IMG/VR virus record: IMGVR_UViG_3300037234_000303
Coordinates: 1-59,525 of that record
Strand: one strand, 5' to 3'
Source of the DNA: a virus
Taxonomy: Duplodnaviria; Caudoviricetes
DNA: 59,525 bases
Shown here: positions 1 through 7,799 of the stretch, one piece after another
Layout of the letters: every line of letters starts with the position of its first letter
How positions within the stretch are numbered: the stretch's first letter is position 1
The notes under the pieces: generated by a model
The model's input: the letters and a program-made list of their open reading frames with translations, nothing else
What the model was told of the DNA's origin: nothing
Databases searched by the model: none
Position numbers and translations under genes: made by a program

Positions 1-149
1 CCTCGAAATTGGGGTTGGTTGCGAGCAGTTGGGACATGTTTATGAAGCACATGCCACCCGCTATAAAGGTGATAAAGTGGAAGAAAATCGTTGAAAACTT
101 GTGCATTTTGATGCCTCGCTGTGAGTGTTATTTGTAGGGTGGACTCTAA

Positions 150-473
150 ATAGTGACGTAGATGGTCACATTGTTGTGTGCGTACCACAACTCATGTCAC
201 CATGTCACCCCATCATGTCACCCCATAGAGCGTATGAGGTGACATTCGTAACTCATTGATTCTTAAAGGCCATACCGCGTTTGTCACCTTGTCACCTACT
301 TATATATATATATTCAAAGGAGTAGTATATAGAGGGTATATGTGACATATAAGTAAACCCTTAAGTGTCCTTTCGGGCTGGAGGTACGAGGTGACATGGT
401 GACATTTGACGATAAGGGTAATGGGTTCAAGGCTTTAACCCCAATTTCGACGCGGTGACATGGGGTGACATGG
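150..473. repeat. Putative replication origin: TGTCACC/GGTGACA iterons around an AT-rich core
   Basis: TGTCACC at 195,203,216,282,290; GGTGACA at 238,390,398,454,464; (TA)n tract ~299-313. Confidence 0.65.
249..261 (-). promoter_or_regulatory. IHF consensus site
   Basis: Minus strand reads AATCAATGAGTTA, an exact match to WATCAANNNNTTR, inside the iteron cluster. Confidence 0.45.
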
Positions 474-642
474 CTGGAGCATATGGGCACCAGCCGTTGG
501 CTCTACCAAGGGTGGCTCCGTGTCTGATGATGGAGCTTTCTCGGAAGTTGTCTGGGTTATCACAATACCAAGTGTCACTGTATGTGATGTACCTTGGTTG
601 TCCATGAGGGCATGTCAAGCAAAGCTCTCTGTCTGCGTTCAT
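427..642 (-). CDS. Small Cys-rich hypothetical protein
   Basis: 71-aa ATG ORF with CxxC and WYC/WCP; last gene of the early cluster. Confidence 0.45.
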   Translation of the reverse strand: MNADRELCLTCPHGQPRYITYSDTWYCDNPDNFRESSIIRHGATLGRANGWCPYAPAMSPHVTASKLGLKP

Positions 643-680
643 GTCTACAACCCCACTGTATCCGCCCCGGCCCGGTAAGG

Positions 681-710
681 AATAAATACCCGAGCTCCGA
701 AGAGCCCGGG
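681..710 (-). terminator. cUUCGg hairpin, putative terminator (copy 1)
   Basis: Minus: CCCGGGCTC-TTCG-GAGCTCGGG-TATTTATT. Confidence 0.55.
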
Positions 711-733
711 ACAGCCTTGGAGGGGCATGTTAG

Positions 734-803
734 AAAAGAGCACTAGCCGGTGCTTTCCTTTAAGCTACCGTCCAGCCAGTGCTCAGGTCTAACTATACCA
801 TTA
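734..803 (-). ncRNA. Repeated structured RNA element, copy A
   Basis: 33 bp (771-803) identical to 1179-1211; 13-bp stem GAGCACUGGCUGG/CCGGCUAGUGCUC followed by UUUU. Confidence 0.5.
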
Positions 804-1118
804 GTCAGCTGTGTCGCGCTTTGTTTGGAAGGTCGAGTCAGCTGGCCTGAAGTTGTGCATATTGATGTAATCGTTGACACCTTGGTCCGTTGTTGCCGTA
901 CCGCAGTATATGTTCACGTTGTCGTGACGCATCTCAACTGTTACTGGTTCATTAGCTGAGAACACGGGTACTATATGTCCGTGGTTATCCCAGCGTTCAT
1001 TTCCGGTGTGTATCATTGGGAGTGGTGTGTCATGCAGGTGCCCCGCTACACAGGCTTCGTGAGCAGGACAGCCACCACATCCTGTGAAGGGTACAATCAT
1101 TAGTTTGCGTATGTCCAT
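801..1118 (-). CDS. Hypothetical protein (CxxCxxH/C-rich N-terminus)
   Basis: ATG at 1118 with GGAG RBS; CGGCPAHEAC. Confidence 0.6.
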   Translation of the reverse strand: MDIRKLMIVPFTGCGGCPAHEACVAGHLHDTPLPMIHTGNERWDNHGHIVPVFSANEPVTVEMRHDNVNIYCGTATTDQGVNDYINMHNFRPADSTFQTKRDTAD

Positions 1119-1140
1119 GACGATATCTCCATGAAGTAAT

Positions 1141-1211
1141 AAAAGGGAGAGCACCGGCCGGCTCCTATTGGAGTTTCCTCCAGCCAGTGCTCAGGTCTAA
1201 CTATACCATTA
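1141..1211 (-). ncRNA. Repeated structured RNA element, copy B
   Basis: Same 5' arm as copy A, pairing-preserving changes in the 3' arm (CCGGCCGGUGCUC), then UCCCUUUU. Confidence 0.5.
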
Positions 1212-2097
1212 CTGGCGAAGTACCTTCGTGAGCTGCAGCGGCTTCGGTTTCTGCCTTCTGTATCTCAATCTCAAGGTCACGTCTCCATGCGACAGCGTAA
1301 TCATCCGCTTCGTTCATGATGGCATCGAAGGCCTTGATGTTTCCAACCAAGTGTGCCTTCTTACTCTTGCGACGATTGTTCTTGAAGAGTCCCTTGCTGC
1401 GTTCGGCATAGACTTCAGCCTTTTCAGCAATCTTCTCCATCGTCGATACTGCATTCCAGCCAGTGAGGACGAAGCCTTCAGTGAACTCACCAGTTGTACG
1501 GGTCTTCAGCTCTGTGAGAGCCTCATCTCCGTGCTTCATAGCGCGTTCAGTGTCGGTATCAGCAACACCATCGAGGTCGGCAGCTGCCTCTTCGATAGTA
1601 ATGCCCATCATCTCTGCATACTCCTCAATCTCATCCTTCGGAGTTTCAGCCTGTACCTGTAACTTGGCCATTACATCGGCGTCATCGGGTACCAGATCAG
1701 GCTTGGTCTGTGTCGCAGCCCAGTTGTACAGGTTCTGCAGCTCATCAACCTGCGCTTCGGTGCGCTTGATGATTTCGCTTAGTACCTGCTGGCGTTCAAC
1801 CTGCTCACCCTTGATTGCATCAGCCATACCAGCGTTCTGGTCAATAAGGCGGATGATGCTACGGGCCAGCTTGAACTTGTAGCTCCAACACAAGGCTCCA
1901 AAGAGGAACGGCTTGTAGGAGTTCTCGCTCAGGTTCTCAACATCTCCGAACCGGCTGATCACGTCTTCGATGATTTCCGTCTTGATGCGGTATTCATCCA
2001 CCCGTCCATCTTCAGAACACTGAATCTGGTCATCCGGGTTGGCAGTGACAGTAGCTTCGGTGATTGCATCGGCTAGTGCTGTGTTTTTCTTGGTCAT
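1201..2097 (-). CDS. Acidic helical early protein, unknown function
   Basis: 298-aa ORF with AAGGA RBS. Confidence 0.8.
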   Translation of the reverse strand: MTKKNTALADAITEATVTANPDDQIQCSEDGRVDEYRIKTEIIEDVISRFGDVENLSENSYKPFLFGALCWSYKFKLARSIIRLIDQNAGMADAIKGEQVERQQVLSEIIKRTEAQVDELQNLYNWAATQTKPDLVPDDADVMAKLQVQAETPKDEIEEYAEMMGITIEEAAADLDGVADTDTERAMKHGDEALTELKTRTTGEFTEGFVLTGWNAVSTMEKIAEKAEVYAERSKGLFKNNRRKSKKAHLVGNIKAFDAIMNEADDYAVAWRRDLEIEIQKAETEAAAAHEGTSPVMV

Positions 2098-2137
2098 GAT
2101 AGTGTTTCCTTTGTTTATGGTTAAGGTTATGTGTCTA

Positions 2138-2326
2138 CTACTCTTGCCAAACGACAGTGCGTTTGCTTACTATGGCGATTTGGATATCGAGTTCCTCATC
2201 GCCCAGTTCATGATAGCTGCAGTGGTTGAGTTCCTCTATAGCTATAAGTATGTCCTCAGGACTTTGCGCGACCTGTAGTGCTTCGCAGTGAGCCGAGAAC
2301 GCGTCTGATCCATTTGTTAATTCCAT
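2138..2326 (-). CDS. Hypothetical protein
   Basis: GGAGG RBS before ATG 2326. Confidence 0.55.
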   Translation of the reverse strand: MELTNGSDAFSAHCEALQVAQSPEDILIAIEELNHCSYHELGDEELDIQIAIVSKRTVVWQE

Positions 2327-2597
2327 TGTATGCGCCTCCAAGCGATTTCGTGGGTTTGATGAAGTAACGTGTCAGGAAGAGCATGCCACTCAACATGAGT
2401 CCACTCATCATTGCTATCATCATACCGCTGACAGTGCCAGCGAATATTGCAATGAGTCCGAACGTCATGAGTACGTCGAGTCCCCCATCTGTGAGTTTAC
2501 GAGTTTGTTTAATCTTGAACAGCTTGAACAGACCCAGCTTTGCCATGATGATGTACATCCCGGTGGCAGTCATTACAGCGAATAGTGCTGATGTCAT
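2256..2597 (-). CDS. Putative multi-TM membrane protein
   Basis: GGAGGA RBS, ATG 2597; about 3 hydrophobic segments. Confidence 0.65.
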   Translation of the reverse strand: MTSALFAVMTATGMYIIMAKLGLFKLFKIKQTRKLTDGGLDVLMTFGLIAIFAGTVSGMMIAMMSGLMLSGMLFLTRYFIKPTKSLGGAYNGINKWIRRVLGSLRSTTGRAKS

Positions 2598-2736
2598 GAT
2601 ATCCTCCGTTCGTCGGTTAGTAGCACCCATCTACCGATACGCAGCCACACCCAGTAGGTGTAGCATTCAACGCGTATCCAGTGATTGGTAGCTATGTTAG
2701 GGTTGCCAAGCGCCATGTCAGGTATGCGTACGAGTT

Positions 2737-2826
2737 TCATGAGGTGTATCTCTTGATTACCCAGATGCAGGCACCGATGACAGCGAGAAGTAGGAACAAG
2801 TCGCCCATGCTGTATAGCATTAACAT
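2737..2826 (-). CDS. 29-aa single-TM microprotein
   Basis: MLMLYSMGDLFLLLAVIGACIWVIKRYTS; GGAG RBS; below the ORF-track cutoff. Confidence 0.45.
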   Translation of the reverse strand: MLMLYSMGDLFLLLAVIGACIWVIKRYTS

Positions 2827-2993
2827 GATGGTTTCTCCATATTGAGCTTCTTGCACTTCACGCAGAGGTCAACGAATTCATAGTCAGGCCACTTGGAGCT
2901 CCATCCAGTCTTGAGCTTCTGGATCTCAACGAAGTCACCGCAATGATTGCAGTGTTCCCATTGCTGACCAGTTGAGTCAATGATGCCACTCAT
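2820..2993 (-). CDS. 57-aa Zn-finger-like protein
   Basis: HCNHC...LCVKC; ATGA overlap with the upstream ORF. Confidence 0.55.
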   Translation of the reverse strand: MSGIIDSTGQQWEHCNHCGDFVEIQKLKTGWSSKWPDYEFVDLCVKCKKLNMEKPSC

Positions 2994-3217
2994 CGTCTGC
3001 CTTCACATGGCTGGTTATAGTTAGCACGGAGTTGGGACATGTTGATTGCTTCTTCCATGTCAATACCAAATCCGGTATCCAGTCTCCAACCGTACTTGGT
3101 TAGACGGATACGTATGGCTTGATTATCGTACTTGCAAAGCATGCAGAGTTTGTCAAACAAAGACTGAAGCATGCGTGTGCCAGTAGGGTCAATGATGTAG
3201 CTGAGATAAATGTTCAT
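2990..3217 (-). CDS. Hypothetical protein
   Basis: GGAG RBS, 75 aa. Confidence 0.55.
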   Translation of the reverse strand: MNIYLSYIIDPTGTRMLQSLFDKLCMLCKYDNQAIRIRLTKYGWRLDTGFGIDMEEAINMSQLRANYNQPCEGRR

Positions 3218-3280
3218 AGCGTTACTCCAAGGTTAGTCCGCGCACCACAACCACACTGATTGCGATATCAACACACACAC

Positions 3281-3305
3281 GGCTACCCTGTGGGAGCTTG
3301 CGAGC
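3281..3305. repeat. 25-bp upstream motif, copy 1
   Basis: GGCTACCCTGTGGGAGCTTGCGAGC, 22/25 identical to 4835-4859. Confidence 0.55.
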
Positions 3306-3312
3306 ACCCCAG

Positions 3313-3564
3313 TCAGTGCCCAGATAACACCTGAGCATGGACTAGACGTATCCGTGCCCGAAGACCGGCCCAGTCTCTGAACCATCCGGGTGCATCCTCG
3401 CACATCCATATTTGTTCCCATTCACCGTTGTTGCGGGTGTACAGGGCTACGGTTACTGCGTACTCAGGGCATTCCATCACTGATATCAGGGTGCCTCCCT
3501 TCAGTGCAACCATGCGTGTTGTCACCGAGGGGCGCATCATAAGCATCTTGGGTATGTTGTTCAT
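3313..3564 (-). CDS. Hypothetical protein
   Basis: GGAG/AGGA RBS, 83 aa. Confidence 0.55.
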   Translation of the reverse strand: MNNIPKMLMMRPSVTTRMVALKGGTLISVMECPEYAVTVALYTRNNGEWEQIWMCEDAPGWFRDWAGLRARIRLVHAQVLSGH

Positions 3565-3935
3565 TGTCCTACTCCATGGGTTCAGCGGGCTCTACCACGC
3601 ACACACATCGTTTACATTTCAACCACATACAACTCTTTAACAACCTTTATCAACCTTGTCTTCCCCACAACCACACCAATTCCACCTCATATCTGTTCGC
3701 CAATACCCACATTCAACCAACCTGCACACAATCAAGGACTTGAAAATTCGGTCTCTGAATAAGGGCCTATAGCATGACCCGGGGCCTCGTCCTTGGTTTT
3801 CTGCAGACGGTTCTCTGTACTCGGTTCTCGGTTCTCGGTACAAGACAGCCATCCGTGCTTGGTCGTATCGAACAAACAGCCATGAGCTCATGACCCCACT
3901 GTAGTCCAGCCTTGCGCCCTTGACCTGAGCACGAC

Positions 3936-3966
3936 AATAAGTGGCCGAGCTCCGAAGAGCCCGGCC
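3936..3966 (-). terminator. cUUCGg hairpin, putative terminator (copy 2)
   Basis: Minus: GGCCGGGCTC-TTCG-GAGCTCGGCC-ACTTATT right after the stop at 3973; shares a 20-nt core with 690-709. Confidence 0.55.
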
Positions 3967-3972
3967 GGGTTG

Positions 3973-4164
3973 CTAGTGACTGACTAACTCGTGGAACAGC
4001 AGCTGCTCGAGGAGCTCTTCGCACAACTCGTGCGTAGTGACTGCGTACTTGAATGCGGCAGTCTTGGCCTCTGGTGACCCGGAAGCATCCGGGTCAAGCA
4101 GATGTGCCAGCCGCTTTTGCTCCTTGAGTAAGTCGCGGATACACGCTTCGTTGTCCGGTGTCAC
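3973..4164 (-). CDS. Hypothetical protein
   Basis: GTG start overlapping the upstream TGA (GTGA); 63 aa. Confidence 0.5.
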   Translation of the reverse strand: MTPDNEACIRDLLKEQKRLAHLLDPDASGSPEAKTAAFKYAVTTHELCEELLEQLLFHELVSH

Positions 4165-4262
4165 GCGAGCAGCGCCTTGATCTTCAGACCAGTGAAGAAG
4201 CGCTTGAAGCCAAGTACGTGGTAGTGGGTGATGAGCTTGATGATTGTGATGAATTTGTTCAT
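4161..4262 (-). CDS. 33-aa cationic amphipathic microprotein
   Basis: MNKFITIIKLITHYHVLGFKRFFTGLKIKALLA; GGAGG RBS. Confidence 0.5.
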   Translation of the reverse strand: MNKFITIIKLITHYHVLGFKRFFTGLKIKALLA

Positions 4263-4351
4263 GATTTGCCTCCAGAGGCGAGTATGTACAGGATGGCTGC
4301 GAACACGCAGCCAAGGAATATGCCGGTGAAGCCGGCGAGAAAGTCGAACAT
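4259..4351 (-). CDS. 30-aa single-TM microprotein
   Basis: MFDFLAGFTGIFLGCVFAAILYILASGGKS; GAGG RBS; ATGA overlap with the next gene. Confidence 0.5.
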   Translation of the reverse strand: MFDFLAGFTGIFLGCVFAAILYILASGGKS

Positions 4352-4367
4352 GTTGTTAGTACCTCGA

Positions 4368-4396
4368 AGCCTAGCTCCCGGGATGGGAGCTAGGCT
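4368..4396. terminator. Perfect 12-bp hairpin (terminator or processing site)
   Basis: AGCCTAGCTCCC-N5-GGGAGCTAGGCT just after the stop at 4403. Confidence 0.45.
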
Positions 4397-4402
4397 GGTT
4401 AG

Positions 4403-4774
4403 TTAGAACGGGCGTGCTGCGCGCGATGACGGCTTAAGGTCATAGCGCTCATGCTCGGTATCGTTCTCGTGGCCTTTGGCGTAGTTCAGCCAAAGGTTGA
4501 GCTTGTTGCCCTTGAAGACTACGTACCCTTTGTGGTTACGCTTCTCCAGTTCGAGCCCCTCGGCAGCGAAGGTGATGTCGCAGTACGTCCACTTGCGGCC
4601 GCCTATGACCTTGAAGGCGACGCGATGCACACCGTCCTTCTCGCCGAGAGCGATGAGGTGTGTAGGTGCGCCGCCTATCTCTGACCAGTTGCCTGACCAG
4701 CAGCGTGTGCCGGGGAACATGGTGCCGTACAGTGGGTCGAACGTGAACTGCGGCTTGTCTGTTGCTTTGCTCAT
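4403..4774 (-). CDS. Hypothetical protein, first early gene
   Basis: GGAGG RBS, 123 aa. Confidence 0.75.
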   Translation of the reverse strand: MSKATDKPQFTFDPLYGTMFPGTRCWSGNWSEIGGAPTHLIALGEKDGVHRVAFKVIGGRKWTYCDITFAAEGLELEKRNHKGYVVFKGNKLNLWLNYAKGHENDTEHERYDLKPSSRAARPF

Positions 4775-4834
4775 GGTATACCTCCAAGGTATGTTGGTGA
4801 CTAGGACACTATTGCCCTAACTCACATGATACTT

Positions 4835-4859
4835 GGCTGTCCTGCGGGAGCTTGCGAGC
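4835..4859. repeat. 25-bp upstream motif, copy 2
   Basis: GGCTGTCCTGCGGGAGCTTGCGAGC. Confidence 0.55.
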
Positions 4860-5140
4860 GCTTAAGATGCAGTTGCTCTTGGGCGGAGAGCTTTGTGGAA
4901 AGAACAGGGTTATCGTTCTTTGTGCAAAGAGCGTAGCAGTCTTTGCTTTTGGTGTAGAGGGTCGGGGCCCCCTTTGACTTCGTACGGAGAATCCGAATCC
5001 GAAGTGGGGTGGCCAAGTGGGGAGACCCTATACACCCTCCCAGCCCCGGACAGAGCCAAAATTTTACAAAAATAAAATCGCGCGAACGTTGACAATGAGC
5101 CGATGAACGTTGTCAATCGGCTCAAGGTCGCCAAAAATCC

Positions 5141-5169
5141 TTGCACTTGGTTCCAAGTTACTGTATGGT
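5141..5169 (+). promoter_or_regulatory. Putative sigma70 promoter for the packaging operon
   Basis: TTGCAC-N17-TATGGT upstream of terS. Confidence 0.4.
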
Positions 5170-5202
5170 CTTGAAATCCGCAACAAAAAGGGCATAGCAC
5201 AC

Positions 5203-5781
5203 ATGGCCGACGACACAACAAATGAGCTGATCAGGCTCGACGACCAAGAACGGTTGGACGAACTCGCCAAGCGCGACGAGCAAGCGCTCGAAGCTGAGTA
5301 CGAAGGCGCAGAACCACAACCGGACAAAGCTGTTTCCCCGAAGGAACTTCGCTTTCTCAATCACGTGATATCCGGGCTCTCCCGGAGCGCATCAGCAACA
5401 GCCGCAGGATATAACTTCAAGAACCCCTCGAACGGAGCCTCAGCAATCATGAGGCGGCCCGCTGTGAAGGCGATGTTCGCGGAATTACAGGCAGACGCGG
5501 CAGAACGTGCGAGGATAACTCAGGACGACGTGATTGAGGGCATGAAGTCCGCCATCAATGACGCCCAGATGACAAGCGACCCTCAAGCGCAGATCGCTGG
5601 GTGGCGCGAAATAGCGAAGATGCTTGGTTACTATGCACCCAAGGTGCGCAAACTCGAGGTATCCAAGACCGAGGAACGCGCAAGGAAAGAACTCAGTGCG
5701 ATGACCGAGAAGGAACTGATCGACATGGCCGGATCGGAGGACGTGATTGAGGGCGAGTTTAGTCTCGTAGAAGACAAGTAA
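5203..5781 (+). CDS. terS: Terminase small subunit
   Basis: HTH-like SATAAGY..., IAKMLG motif; coupled (TAATG) to TerL. Confidence 0.85.
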   Translation: MADDTTNELIRLDDQERLDELAKRDEQALEAEYEGAEPQPDKAVSPKELRFLNHVISGLSRSASATAAGYNFKNPSNGASAIMRRPAVKAMFAELQADAAERARITQDDVIEGMKSAINDAQMTSDPQAQIAGWREIAKMLGYYAPKVRKLEVSKTEERARKELSAMTEKELIDMAGSEDVIEGEFSLVEDK

Positions 5782-7787
5782 TGAGCGAACCAACAGATAC
5801 GGGCGATGACCATGTAAAAGGCAGCATGGAGGAAGGCTACCCAAAATCGCTCCGCACGGCTGCTCATACCAAGCAATGTGTCAGGTGCGAGCGCCAGTTC
5901 ACTGGGATCCAGAAGGGTTTCAACAAACAGATGCCGCACACCAAGCCTATCGAATACCACACGATATGTAAGGTTTGTGAGCACGAAGAAGTGGCCATCC
6001 CTAATTTTAGGCGACAGACAGATCGGAGGGCGTACGACCGGGAGTACAGGAAAGCTGTACAGCGGGCCGCCACCGCGCAGGTGCATGCTGCCAAGGTGCA
6101 GCGTGACAAGAATCTGGCCAAGGCGAATAAACCGGCGCTGGCCCGGGGCGAACTGGTCAAGCGCGAGCTGTCCCGCAGGCGGCTCATCAACTTCATCATG
6201 CGGTTCAACCCCGCGTACAAGCCCGGTTGGGTCCACAAGCTAATTTGTGCAAAATTAGAGTTTTTCAGCAACGCGGTGAGCCTCGAGATGAGCCCCCGGT
6301 CGCTTTTCTTCATGCCGCCTCGTACCGGGAAGTCTGAGATCGCTTCTAAGAACTTTCCGGCATGGCACCTTGGGCACAACCCTACCCACGAGATCATCGC
6401 AGCATCGTACGCTGTGTCGCTGCCGATGGGATTTAGTAGGAAAATCAAGGCCTTAATTGACGACCCGGCGTACAAAGCGATGTTCCCGGGCGTGACGTTG
6501 AACCCGAACGCGCAGGCCACCGAGGGCTGGTACATCAACGCGGGCGGCGGGTACGTCCCGGCGGGCGTCGGGCTGGGTATTACGGGCAAGGGTGCCCACG
6601 TCATGATCATCGACGACCCGGTCAAGGACATGATGGAGGCTGATAGTGAAACAACCCGGAACTCAGTGTGGGATTGGTGGGATTCAACCGCTGAGACCCG
6701 CCTGTCGCCGGGTGGCGGCGTGCTGGGCATCCAGACCCGGTGGAATGACGACGACCTGAGTGGCCGGTTCCTGAACCAAGAGGCCGAGGCCTTGCGCGAG
6801 ATCGAAGAACAGCGCAATGAGATCCTCGGACTGATTTCCAAGGCCAAGGAATCGCGGAATGAGTCGCTTTTGATCGACAAATTGCGCATAGAACTGGACG
6901 ATGTGGACAGATCAGTAGAGGATGTGGTGCGCTGGGACACGTTAAGTCTGCCCGCATTGGCCGAGCACGACGAGTATGTCACTGAAGATGGGGAACTATT
7001 ACTCAAAAAAGAAAAAGGTTCGCGCTTGGTACGCAGAAAGGACGAAGCCCTGCATCCGGAGCGGTACGACGAGTCATTTTACCGTAGGAAGCGCAAAAGT
7101 TCGCAACCTCGCATCTGGAGTGCGCTATATCAGCAGAATCCTGTCCCGGATTCTGGTATATTCTTCAAAGAGGACATGTTCCGGTACGAACCGGTCGTTC
7201 CAGACTACACAAATTGGAATATTTACATAGCTTGGGACTTAGCTATTGGCCAAAAGCACACAAACGATTATACTGTAGGAATAGTTGGTGCTCATGACTT
7301 CGACGACATAATGCATATCATCCATGTCGTACGGGTCAGGACAGATGAGGTCGCAGAGCTTATAATGGGCACTTCGGAGCCATATAAGCGCCAACTGGCG
7401 GCCATAGGAATTGAGCAGGGGCAGATTCAGATGTCGGTTATGCCGAATTTGAGGAAGCTGATGAAGGAGAAGCACTGGTACCCAACGCTGGACGAGACGT
7501 TGAAGCCGGTAACAGACAAGACTGCACGGGCAAGACCGGCTCAAGGTTGGATGCAACAAGGGCGTGTGCTGCTCCCTAGCAACCAGCCTTGGGTCTCTAC
7601 TTTTACGAACGAGCTCCTCCGCTTTCCGGGTGGTGCTCACGATGACCAAGTCGATGCGCTTGCATGGCTCATCCGCATGGTCGCAGAGAAATCGCCTCCT
7701 CGTCGCACACGGGCAGGCAAGAAACCCGACTCTTGGCGGGATAAACTGAAAGCGACGCGGAAGAGTGAGAACCACTTAACCGCTTAA
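5781..7787 (+). CDS. terL: Terminase large subunit
   Basis: Walker A PPRTGKS, Walker B IIDDP, TRW coupling motif, RNase H-fold AWDLA...HDDQVDA. Confidence 0.95.
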   Translation: MSEPTDTGDDHVKGSMEEGYPKSLRTAAHTKQCVRCERQFTGIQKGFNKQMPHTKPIEYHTICKVCEHEEVAIPNFRRQTDRRAYDREYRKAVQRAATAQVHAAKVQRDKNLAKANKPALARGELVKRELSRRRLINFIMRFNPAYKPGWVHKLICAKLEFFSNAVSLEMSPRSLFFMPPRTGKSEIASKNFPAWHLGHNPTHEIIAASYAVSLPMGFSRKIKALIDDPAYKAMFPGVTLNPNAQATEGWYINAGGGYVPAGVGLGITGKGAHVMIIDDPVKDMMEADSETTRNSVWDWWDSTAETRLSPGGGVLGIQTRWNDDDLSGRFLNQEAEALREIEEQRNEILGLISKAKESRNESLLIDKLRIELDDVDRSVEDVVRWDTLSLPALAEHDEYVTEDGELLLKKEKGSRLVRRKDEALHPERYDESFYRRKRKSSQPRIWSALYQQNPVPDSGIFFKEDMFRYEPVVPDYTNWNIYIAWDLAIGQKHTNDYTVGIVGAHDFDDIMHIIHVVRVRTDEVAELIMGTSEPYKRQLAAIGIEQGQIQMSVMPNLRKLMKEKHWYPTLDETLKPVTDKTARARPAQGWMQQGRVLLPSNQPWVSTFTNELLRFPGGAHDDQVDALAWLIRMVAEKSPPRRTRAGKKPDSWRDKLKATRKSENHLTA

Positions 7788-7799
7788 TGGAGGATTGAA

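Noticed and set aside
771-1211. 33-bp direct repeats as a CRISPR mini-array
   Set aside because: Only two copies, 375 bp apart, enclosing a gene; no cas genes.
3973-4314. 113-aa ORF as given in the track
   Set aside because: Better explained by three coupled short genes with RBSs (4259-4351, 4161-4262, 3973-4164).
6771-6935. TerL insertion as an intein
   Set aside because: Too short and lacks C/S...HN-C/S/T splice motifs.
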